Source of the DNA: a virus
Lineage: Duplodnaviria > Caudoviricetes
IMG/VR virus record: IMGVR_UViG_3300025732_000016
DNA: 64,000 nucleotides
Reading direction: 5' to 3' (one strand)
Position 1 is the stretch's first letter; the number at the start of each line of letters is the position of its first letter. Under the pieces are notes generated by a model. That model saw only the letters and a list, made by a program, of their open reading frames with translations. It was not told where the DNA came from and searched no databases. Positions 16,632 through 23,902 of the stretch are shown in pieces. Both the position numbers and the translations under genes were made by a program.

Positions 16632-18016
16632 TACTTCGCTCCCATCACCTGGGTCCACTTTTCCTTGATCAGCTTCTTCCGGTCGTTGTCATCTTGGTTC
16701 AACGCTTCCTGAAGAGTAAGTTCGCTCTCTTCCAAGATCTTGATTGTGGATCGCGCTGTGTCAATGTGAACTGGGAAGAGAATTCCGTCCCGACCCGCTC
16801 GATTCTTAGCCACGAAGAGTCGGCCAGCTCCGGTCGCCTTCTCGGTCGGCTTTCGAGAGAGTGAGAGAACCACATCGGCGACCATCGCCTTTCCGTAAGA
16901 TTCTGACATATTCTCGAGACCGACAACATCTGCGTTCGACGAATCCCTGTTCGCCTGAGAGGCAGTCCAGATCGGAATGTTCCTCTCCATCGCAAGGTTG
17001 CGAAGCTCCTCGTAGATGAGCTTCAGCTCAAGGCGGAGGGCATCATACTCACGGCTCGAACGCATGATGTCTGCATAGTCGATGAGCAGCATGCTGGGAG
17101 TGAAGCCACGGAGCGAGAGCTTCTCAAGGTGATTGCGGATCGTGTTCACCGTCGCTGCGCCTGTCGGGTATTCCTTGATGATGAGCTTTCCGAGATCCAT
17201 CTCCTTGTACTTGTCAAGGACCTCCTGCTTCGAGTCCTGGATTTCGTTGGAAGCAATACCAGTCAAGTGAGAGTCGTACCTGATTCCGACCGCGGTCTCT
17301 GTGAGCTCAAAGGTGTAGTGGACGACGTTCTTGCCGAGCTTGAGAGCCTGCGCGCCGAGTCCAACCAGCATGTGGCTCTTGCCGACGCCAGTGTTCGCCA
17401 CAATGACACCGAGCTCACCTCGACCGAGTCCACCGTTGAGAACGGTCTTCTGGTCGAGCTGCTCGAGACCAGTCGGGCAAGCGAGACGATTGATCTTCAC
17501 AAAGCGGGCCTCTGCATCCTCGAAGAAGTCATGACCGACAGAAGTGGGTAGACCGACGGAAACCGCCTTGCGCATGAGATCGACAACGGCATCGTACTTG
17601 TCACCTGAGATGAGCTCAACGGACTTCTCAAGCGCCTCACGAAGTGCCTGCTTTCTGCAGAAGTCGAGTGACTTGTCCTTCACATAGGCAATGTCGCCCA
17701 TGTCGGGAGAAGTCCGCATGCGACCGAGGTACTCAACGATCTGTTCCTTGAGGACAGCGTTGTTCTGCTCCTTTAGCTCGTCCTTGATGATCGAGATGAG
17801 GAGAGACATCGTCGGGAAAGCCTTGTACTTCGTGTGGTACTTGAAGTACTTGTCGCTGAGAAACGCGAGGTACTTGAGATCGAAGTAGACAGGCTTCATC
17901 ACCTCGGTCATCTGTGCTGCCCACGTGTGGTCAGTCAAGAGACCTTGGAAGATTTTCTCTTGGAAAGCCTTCCCGTATTGCTTGAACAGGGCTTCACCCG
18001 GATTGAACTCAGACAT
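16631..18016 (-). CDS. dnaB: Replicative DnaB/gp41-like helicase
   Basis: Walker A ANTGVGKS, LLIDYAD, IWTASQANR, KNRAG. Confidence 0.92.
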   Translation of the reverse strand: MSEFNPGEALFKQYGKAFQEKIFQGLLTDHTWAAQMTEVMKPVYFDLKYLAFLSDKYFKYHTKYKAFPTMSLLISIIKDELKEQNNAVLKEQIVEYLGRMRTSPDMGDIAYVKDKSLDFCRKQALREALEKSVELISGDKYDAVVDLMRKAVSVGLPTSVGHDFFEDAEARFVKINRLACPTGLEQLDQKTVLNGGLGRGELGVIVANTGVGKSHMLVGLGAQALKLGKNVVHYTFELTETAVGIRYDSHLTGIASNEIQDSKQEVLDKYKEMDLGKLIIKEYPTGAATVNTIRNHLEKLSLRGFTPSMLLIDYADIMRSSREYDALRLELKLIYEELRNLAMERNIPIWTASQANRDSSNADVVGLENMSESYGKAMVADVVLSLSRKPTEKATGAGRLFVAKNRAGRDGILFPVHIDTARSTIKILEESELTLQEALNQDDNDRKKLIKEKWTQVMGAK

Positions 18017-18983
18017 TCTGCTTTGCCGCCTTGAGGTTTACTGTTGCGTTGAGATAGAGTCGATCGACGTCGAATGTCTTGATCCCAGCCTTGATTAAGG
18101 AACGTATGAGCTCAATCTTGTTCCCTTCGGGAAGGGAGTTTTCGACTGCACCGTTCACTTTCGAGACTTGGTTCCAGCTGAGGTTCGAGACATCCAACTT
18201 CATCAATTTCCAGTTCATTCTACCCAGGTCTGCGCTGTTTTTCACCTGTGCGTAAACCTTGGGAGACTTGTCGGGCATGGAGCTCGCCTTCTCGATTATC
18301 TGTTCGAGCTTTACCTCTTCGTCCCCAGCGAGCTCTGGGAAACGCTTGACCATCGTCCTCAAACCGAGACCTTTCACTCCCGGCAGTGCGTCTGATGTGT
18401 CGCCACAGAAACAGCGGGCGACGAGAAGGTTGTGCGGCCATATCCCGGTCTTCTCCTTGACAGACTCTCTCGTCACAATCGATCTCAGTGTAGGAGACCA
18501 TATCGTGATCCGATCGTCCACCAGCTGTAAGTAATCATGATCTGAGGAGACGATCAGCACCCGTGATCGTGAGTATGAGTATTTTGCGAGGTAGCCGATG
18601 ACGTCATCCGCCTCGCAGTCAGAGACGTAGACCTGCCTGACCGGGAGGTTCCTCATGACGTGGATGAGCAGTTTCACCTGCCAGTTCCTGTTCTCGAGAG
18701 TGTCTGGAATGTCACCCTCGTGGAACCTGTTGAGCTTTACGGGACGACGCTTTGCCTTGTAGTCAGGATAGATGTCCCGCCTCCGGGTCGAACCTCCACC
18801 CTCCCAGACGACGACGCACTCCTTCGGCCTGTGAGCAGCTATGAGAGAATTCAGTGACTGTAGGAACCCCACAACTCCGCCCACGTGCTGTCCATCCGCC
18901 ATCAGCGGGTTAGCGCAGAAATTGCGAATGAACAGGTTGTAGGCGTCGATGAGTAGGACTGGGCGTTCGTCCTGCATTTTCAT
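18009..18983 (-). CDS. 5'-3' exonuclease/flap endonuclease (T4 RNase H-like)
   Basis: LLIDAYN, YKAKR, CEADDVI, SSDHDYLQL, GDTSDALPGVKGLG. Confidence 0.92.
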   Translation of the reverse strand: MKMQDERPVLLIDAYNLFIRNFCANPLMADGQHVGGVVGFLQSLNSLIAAHRPKECVVVWEGGGSTRRRDIYPDYKAKRRPVKLNRFHEGDIPDTLENRNWQVKLLIHVMRNLPVRQVYVSDCEADDVIGYLAKYSYSRSRVLIVSSDHDYLQLVDDRITIWSPTLRSIVTRESVKEKTGIWPHNLLVARCFCGDTSDALPGVKGLGLRTMVKRFPELAGDEEVKLEQIIEKASSMPDKSPKVYAQVKNSADLGRMNWKLMKLDVSNLSWNQVSKVNGAVENSLPEGNKIELIRSLIKAGIKTFDVDRLYLNATVNLKAAKQNV

Positions 18984-20191
18984 TCCGGTGAGATATCGTA
19001 TCCAGACTCGGTGAGTTGATCAGCGAGAGAGCGAACTTCCTCGTAGGACTCAGGATCGATGTCGACATCCTCAGCCTTCAGCGCAGTTCGAGTCATGGCA
19101 CGCTCGAGGAGTCCGTCGATCCACGGCTTGTACTTCGGATCGTTCATGAGCTCGAGGAAATCGGGCTTGTGGAACTTCTTCGTGATGACATTCTCGTTCT
19201 TCTCATTGACGACGCTGAGAGTCTTCCAGGCACCCGTGCCCTCGACTGTCACCTGGTGGTTGTCGACCATATCGGGACCGTGCTGACGCAGGATGTCAAA
19301 GATCTCCTCGTGCTCCTCGATCCCCTTGCCGAAGATGATTCGGAAGCTCGCTGCGCGGAAGGGCGGCCCGACCTTGTTCTTGATCGTCTTCGCGGAGACG
19401 TTGATGCCGATGACAGAGTCGTTCGGTCCCTTGATCTGCTGTCCAGCACCGAGCTTGATGCGGACAGAGGAGTGGAACGGGATCGCGTTGCCACCCGGCA
19501 CCGCAGTCGGGTCTCCGTACATCACACCGATCTTCGTGCGGATCTGATTGAGACAGACGAAGAGGACGGACTGGTCACCGATGACGCCAGTGATCTTGCG
19601 CATCGCCTTCGAGATCACGCGGGCCTGGAGACCGATGGTGTCCTTGTCGTAGGCACCCTCGAGCTCAGCCTTCGGGGAGGAGGCAGCGACCGAGTCCCAG
19701 ATGATGGTGATGGGGACGTCCTTGTTGAGCGCCTTCGCCTTCAGGACCGTCTTCTCGGCAATGTCGAAGACCTCTTCGGTGCAGTGAGTATCGACGTACA
19801 CGAAACGCTTCGAGATGTCGACACCGAGCGCCTGCAGGTTCTCTGGGTTCGTGGCATTCTCGGTGTCGATGTAGACCACGATCCCGCCCATCTTCTGGGT
19901 GGAGCGGGCAATGTGAGTCGCGATGTGGCTCTTACCGATCGAGGGCGGGCCAAAGATCTCGACGATTCGACCCTCGGGGAGTCCACCATCGCGTCGATTC
20001 GCCACAATGTAATCGAGCTGCTTCGAACCCGTAGAGATCCACCGCTTCACGTGGGTGGGCGACTGGTCCGATGCGAGATTGTACGCGACCCGGTGGCCGA
20101 GGTCCCGGTTGAGAGAGTCGATGAGATCCGAAGTGAAGTCATCGGTGGGATTCGTGGTGCCCTCAGTGAGGGGCAGCTTCCTTCTTGACAT
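18980..20191 (-). CDS. recA: RecA/UvsX recombinase
   Basis: ISTGS..LD, GRIVEIFGPPSIGKS, IDTENA, WDSVAA, NQIRTKIG, GGNAIPFHSSVRI, KNKVGPPFR. Confidence 0.95.
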   Translation of the reverse strand: MSRRKLPLTEGTTNPTDDFTSDLIDSLNRDLGHRVAYNLASDQSPTHVKRWISTGSKQLDYIVANRRDGGLPEGRIVEIFGPPSIGKSHIATHIARSTQKMGGIVVYIDTENATNPENLQALGVDISKRFVYVDTHCTEEVFDIAEKTVLKAKALNKDVPITIIWDSVAASSPKAELEGAYDKDTIGLQARVISKAMRKITGVIGDQSVLFVCLNQIRTKIGVMYGDPTAVPGGNAIPFHSSVRIKLGAGQQIKGPNDSVIGINVSAKTIKNKVGPPFRAASFRIIFGKGIEEHEEIFDILRQHGPDMVDNHQVTVEGTGAWKTLSVVNEKNENVITKKFHKPDFLELMNDPKYKPWIDGLLERAMTRTALKAEDVDIDPESYEEVRSLADQLTESGYDISPE

Positions 20192-20209
20192 TTGTCCTCC
20201 TGCTTACTG

Positions 20210-20237
20210 ATTCTAATCGGCGCCTTAAAGTGTTCAC
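20210..20237 (-). promoter_or_regulatory. sigma70-type promoter GTGAAC-N16-TAGAAT
   Basis: Upstream of recA and its GGAGG SD; -35 overlaps the 3' arm of the terminator. Confidence 0.55.
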
Positions 20238-20260
20238 CCCGGGCCGAAACCCGGGGTGAA
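20233..20260 (-). terminator. Terminator hairpin with UUCG loop
   Basis: TTCACCCCGGG-T-TTCG-G-CCCGGGGTGAA then CACTTT, downstream of SSB. Confidence 0.75.
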
Positions 20261-20282
20261 GGCTCGTTAGAGCCGGTTTGAG

Positions 20283-21110
20283 CTACTCGAGCTCTGCGAA
20301 TGCGTCATCGAGGTCATCGAATGCCTTCGACTTGGGCTTCGGCTTCGACCCACCGCCCCCGCCACCGGAGCGCATCGCCGCGATGTCATCATCGATGGTT
20401 TCCGCCGAGGAGGTCTTCGTCTCGACCTTCACGGCAGGAGTCTCGGAGGAACCGCCCGTGAGCCAGTCATTCACTCGCTTCTCGATCTCCTCCACACCGA
20501 GGAGCTCATCGTAGTCCTCCATGCGGGGGATCGCCGAGAGCCACTGCTTCATCTGCGCCGAGTCCTTCGAGAGGGGAGTCGGCGTGGCGCGGGGAGTCAC
20601 CTTCGTATCCGCGAACGCCTTGCCCGGAGCGCGGCTGACGGAGACCTTCACATCGCGGCCGGCCTCGGGATCCGTGATGTCACCGTAATCCTCATCGAGC
20701 ATGAGCTTCAGGAGGTCCTGGTAAATCATCTTGCCGAAGGACCAGAGGCGGACACCCTTGTCCTCCTCGCCGCGGACAACCACCGCCGCAGTGGTGCGGA
20801 GCTTCGGGTAGAGCTTCTTGGCGAGCTCGCGGGAAGCATCGGAGTTGTCCTCACGGAGCTTCGTGATGAGGTCTTGGATCGGATCCTTCTTACCGAACTG
20901 GTACGGAGCAAGGATAGCGCCAGCCTTGTCACCACCGATGCCGTAGTAGTACCAGCGGTCCTTGAAGGGCTGGCCGTCGTTGTCCGGGAAGGCGATGATG
21001 CGGACCTGGTAGTCCTTGCCCTCCTCGGGGCGCCACGTCACTGCGGACTTCTTGTTCTGGCCGGAGAGCTGGCCGAGCTTCTTGCGGATTGCGTCAAAAT
21101 CGATTGCCAT
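20283..21110 (-). CDS. gp32-like single-stranded DNA-binding protein
   Basis: MAIDFDAIRKKL...W.P..G...VRI...; DITDPEAGRDVKV; acidic aromatic tail FDDLDDAFAELE. Confidence 0.85.
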   Translation of the reverse strand: MAIDFDAIRKKLGQLSGQNKKSAVTWRPEEGKDYQVRIIAFPDNDGQPFKDRWYYYGIGGDKAGAILAPYQFGKKDPIQDLITKLREDNSDASRELAKKLYPKLRTTAAVVVRGEEDKGVRLWSFGKMIYQDLLKLMLDEDYGDITDPEAGRDVKVSVSRAPGKAFADTKVTPRATPTPLSKDSAQMKQWLSAIPRMEDYDELLGVEEIEKRVNDWLTGGSSETPAVKVETKTSSAETIDDDIAAMRSGGGGGGSKPKPKSKAFDDLDDAFAELE

Positions 21111-21141
21111 GTTGTTTTTGTCCTTGATTGTTGGGAGTTTA

Positions 21142-21192
21142 GCATCCGGAAGCGTCGCCCCTTACCGGATGCCTCTTTGTGGAACCATCCAC
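21142..21192 (-). promoter_or_regulatory. Structured 5' leader of the SSB mRNA
   Basis: GTGGA/TCCAC hairpin at the predicted +1 and GCATCCGG/CCGGATGC hairpin, followed by an A/C-rich unpaired tract to the ATG. Confidence 0.5.
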
Positions 21193-21198
21193 ATTGAG

Positions 21199-21227
21199 AT
21201 TGTAGAAAGTGTAGTAGAGTTGTTCAG
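21199..21227 (-). promoter_or_regulatory. sigma70-type promoter CTGAAC-N17-TACAAT
   Basis: Upstream of the SSB leader; predicted +1 coincides with the 5' hairpin. Confidence 0.6.
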
Positions 21228-21607
21228 TAGCGCGGAGTCAAATGTTTCTTGACGTGGTGATGAGAGTCGAAAGGACTTTCAGACCCACCGAATGAACGTG
21301 CGAGTCTCTCGACTGAGTCATAGTACATCTGCTCACGGGTGCGTGGGACCTTCCCAAATGTTGAATCAGGTTTCCCGTCTCCGTCGTAATCACCAGAAAC
21401 TATGACAGAGCCAGCAGAATAGACTGTGCTCGCCTCCTTGATCTTTCGCTTCTTCCCGATTTCTGAGTCAGGATAGTGAGCGTCCGTTCCGAGCGGCATG
21501 GCGGGACCGCCGCCAAGAGCTGCGACACCAGAGAATTCGTCGAGGCCCTCTTCCTCCTCGATCTCCTCGATCATCTCTCGAATGATGGCCCGTAGTTCTC
21601 TGTGCAT
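21224..21607 (-). CDS. Hypothetical protein with capsid-targeting-like N-terminus
   Basis: MHRELRAIIREMIEE; late motif 4 nt upstream. Confidence 0.7.
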   Translation of the reverse strand: MHRELRAIIREMIEEIEEEEGLDEFSGVAALGGGPAMPLGTDAHYPDSEIGKKRKIKEASTVYSAGSVIVSGDYDGDGKPDSTFGKVPRTREQMYYDSVERLARSFGGSESPFDSHHHVKKHLTPRY

Positions 21608-21610
21608 GCT

Positions 21611-22201
21611 TTAAGTATTATGCCCCTTGAGAATCCACTGGCGTGCCTGGGTGAGAAGTACACTAATGTCCGGCTCAGAGCCGATGTAGAACCTATTCTC
21701 CTCCCTCGAGGGACCCGTCGAGGTCGCAATTGCCACCCACTCGTCCATTGAGAGGCACACACCGAAGTGCTGTAGCACGTGGAGGGACCTGTGAGCGATC
21801 GGCATCTTCGGGAGATGCTCATTGTAGCGGTAGAGCCGGCCCTGCTTTCGATGCCAATCAGAGTCCTGCTCAACGAGATAGTCCTCACCCTCGAGGGGTC
21901 CGCCCACCATGCCGATGTTGTGGAAGAGCCCCACGAGGATGAGGGACTCCGTTGGGACCTGGATTTCCAGGGCTTTCGCGATGGAACGCATCTTCATGGT
22001 GACGCCGATCGACTGGTCAATGAGTCCGCCCGGTCGGCTCCAGGGCTGTCCCTCGTTGAGAGAGCCTGGGCACATGAGAAGCCTCTCACCGAGAGACTCT
22101 ACCATCTCCTTTACTTGTGAAGATCTCCCCTCACCTGCAGAGTGAGAGAGCTTGCAGAACTTTTCGTATCGGGCCTGGAGCTGAGTGAGTTGATCTTCCA
22201 T
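21611..22201 (-). CDS. HD-domain-like protein with degenerate catalytic motifs
   Basis: PGGLIDQS (usually xHS), LFHNIGMVG (usually HDxGK), QDSDWHR, MPIAHRSLHVLQHFG. Confidence 0.7.
   Translation of the reverse strand: MEDQLTQLQARYEKFCKLSHSAGEGRSSQVKEMVESLGERLLMCPGSLNEGQPWSRPGGLIDQSIGVTMKMRSIAKALEIQVPTESLILVGLFHNIGMVGGPLEGEDYLVEQDSDWHRKQGRLYRYNEHLPKMPIAHRSLHVLQHFGVCLSMDEWVAIATSTGPSREENRFYIGSEPDISVLLTQARQWILKGHNT
21612..21618 (-). promoter_or_regulatory. Putative late promoter ATACTTA (leaderless)
   Basis: 4 nt before ATG 21607, no SD. Confidence 0.55.
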
Positions 22202-22207
22202 GAGAAG

Positions 22208-22235
22208 ATTCTAAGAGCTTGCCGTCGAAGTTCAA
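22208..22235 (-). promoter_or_regulatory. sigma70-type promoter TTGAAC-N16-TAGAAT (leaderless)
   Basis: -10 lies 6 nt before ATG 22201. Confidence 0.65.
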
Positions 22236-22732
22236 CCCTTGTAGGTGATTATGACAGCAAATTTCTCGCTTCCCTTCTGCTCTTTGCCCGTGCCACCGAG
22301 CTGGATGTCGTCTCTCACAAAATCAAAATCTATCAGCCCATTTGAAGTGGCGGCAAGAAGAGTCGCTTGCACGTAGCGAGGTGCCTGTGACTTTGGCACT
22401 GCTGGAGTTTTACCGGCGATCATTGTTATTGGGATTGAGATTCCCTTGTCTGCCTTCTGCGGCCTCTCAAACGCGATGCCCAGCTCAGACTTCGTGAATA
22501 CCTCGATGAGGAAGTTTAGGACCTCATCGAGCTTGGTGTTTCCCTTTGTCTTGTAGTTGTCGACCTTCAGCCGACGAAGAAGCTCAGTCGGATTCGTGGC
22601 TGCAAGACCGAGTGATTGCCTCGCCTTCGCAGAGATTCTGCCTGCGCCAAGACCTTTTCTCGTTGAGTACTTCGGCCCTTCCTCACTGAGGATCTTACGA
22701 GTGTGGTGTCTGATGAATTGCAAGGTGTCCAT
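22232..22732 (-). CDS. Hypothetical protein with capsid-targeting-like N-terminus
   Basis: MDTLQFIRHHTRKILSE-E; late motif 5 nt upstream. Confidence 0.7.
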   Translation of the reverse strand: MDTLQFIRHHTRKILSEEGPKYSTRKGLGAGRISAKARQSLGLAATNPTELLRRLKVDNYKTKGNTKLDEVLNFLIEVFTKSELGIAFERPQKADKGISIPITMIAGKTPAVPKSQAPRYVQATLLAATSNGLIDFDFVRDDIQLGGTGKEQKGSEKFAVIITYKG

Positions 22733-22737
22733 GGCGA

Positions 22738-22744
22738 TAACTAT
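22738..22744 (-). promoter_or_regulatory. Putative late promoter ATAGTTA (leaderless)
   Basis: 5 nt before ATG 22732. Confidence 0.55.
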
Positions 22745-23868
22745 TCCGTGAACTCCAGTCCATTCAGAGAAACGGGAAACCTTCCGTAAGGGGAAACCTT
22801 TATTCCCTCAGATGCGATCTCTGAGATTATCCCAGTGTTCTCAGAGGGAACGTCAATGAACATCGCGTCGTGGACGAGGAAAAGCGGGTCAGCGAAACCG
22901 CTGAGGCGCTGCGCAAGATCACTGAACCCGAGGAGGCAGACGTCCACTGCAGTTGACTGCACCCAGTGAGGTATTAGCAGACGCTCCTCTTCGACCTGAA
23001 GCGGCCTACCGTAGCCGTTGCGACCTTGACAGTCCTCAATCTTTCTGCGCAACTCGTTCACGTTGAAGAAATCTCGGACGTGTCGCTTGAGCCTGTCGCC
23101 GACTCCGTCCGTCGCGGCAGCGCCATACAAGAAAGAGAGAGTCGCTATCTTTGTCTTTGCCCGAGACTCGCCTGACAGCCTCGACATCTCGTCATAAACG
23201 TCACCAGCAGACTTCTTGCCCACTGCGAAGAGAGCGAGACGGGGCTCAAGAGAGACAAAGTCAATGCTCAGAATTTTCCCACCAGGATACCTTGACGTGA
23301 GAACATTCCTGTGCTGCTTTGACATGGTGAGGACGCGGGGACCAGACTCAACCCTCAACCGACCCGTCTTTGTACCGTGTGTGTACCGTACCCTTTCGCA
23401 CTCATTGCCAGATGGTGGAATGAAGGACTCGAGAGGCTCACCAGAATCGACAAGAGACCTCACTCTCACTGGATCAACCCTGATCGGTTGGAGGTTCTCA
23501 AATATCCTGCGACCCCTGATGAGGACTTCTGCGTAACCCGTAGACTCCATTTCCTCAACAATCTCGAGCACATCGGATCGATATCTCTTCAACTCTGCAG
23601 CGAGACCCCTCGCTCCAAGCGCGAGGTTCCAATCGATCTCGTTGCTACCAAGATATTTCTCGTAAGCAGCTCGCATCTCTTTTGAGACTAGCTGTGGGAG
23701 CTCAAGCGAGAAACCCGTGACAAGGTCCTCGAGTGAGGTCGAGGCCGGAGAAGTCGACCCGACTAAGTAAGAGCCCTCTGGGGGACTCTTGAGGGTCTGC
23801 AGACGTTCCCTGATTGAGATTGTCTTTCCCGAACCTGTCACTTGCGGAAGTAAAGTTATTTCTCTCAC
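22741..23868 (-). CDS. Minimal family A DNA polymerase (polymerase core only)
   Basis: TKTGRL, motif A DFVSLEPR, motif B RAKTKIATLSFLYG, VQSTAVDV, motif C LVHDA; only 375 aa. Confidence 0.8.
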   Translation of the reverse strand: MREITLLPQVTGSGKTISIRERLQTLKSPPEGSYLVGSTSPASTSLEDLVTGFSLELPQLVSKEMRAAYEKYLGSNEIDWNLALGARGLAAELKRYRSDVLEIVEEMESTGYAEVLIRGRRIFENLQPIRVDPVRVRSLVDSGEPLESFIPPSGNECERVRYTHGTKTGRLRVESGPRVLTMSKQHRNVLTSRYPGGKILSIDFVSLEPRLALFAVGKKSAGDVYDEMSRLSGESRAKTKIATLSFLYGAAATDGVGDRLKRHVRDFFNVNELRRKIEDCQGRNGYGRPLQVEEERLLIPHWVQSTAVDVCLLGFSDLAQRLSGFADPLFLVHDAMFIDVPSENTGIISEIASEGIKVSPYGRFPVSLNGLEFTE

Positions 23869-23873
23869 GCTTG

Positions 23874-23902
23874 ACTATAGTCTCAAGTCGAAATGTTTTC
23901 AC
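23874..23902 (-). promoter_or_regulatory. sigma70-type promoter GTGAAA-N17-TATAGT (leaderless)
   Basis: -10 lies 5 nt before GTG 23868. Confidence 0.55.

Noticed and set aside
19016-20188. 390-aa plus-strand ORF antisense to recA (also 4662..5414, 13289..14110, 15342..16331, 62959..63867 and many shorter ones)
   Set aside because: Codon-register shadows of strongly C/G-biased minus-strand genes; no SD, promoter or recognisable motifs
23820-23850. GSGKT Walker-A-like string near the mini-PolA N-terminus
   Set aside because: No Walker B or room for an NTPase fold; probably chance
21611-23868. HD protein plus family A polymerase (plus a MazG/dUTPase-like gene) as a 2-aminoadenine (Z) genome system
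   Set aside because: No PurZ in the window, the HD metal ligands look lost, and the polymerase is far shorter than DpoZ; reconsider only if purZ is found elsewhere
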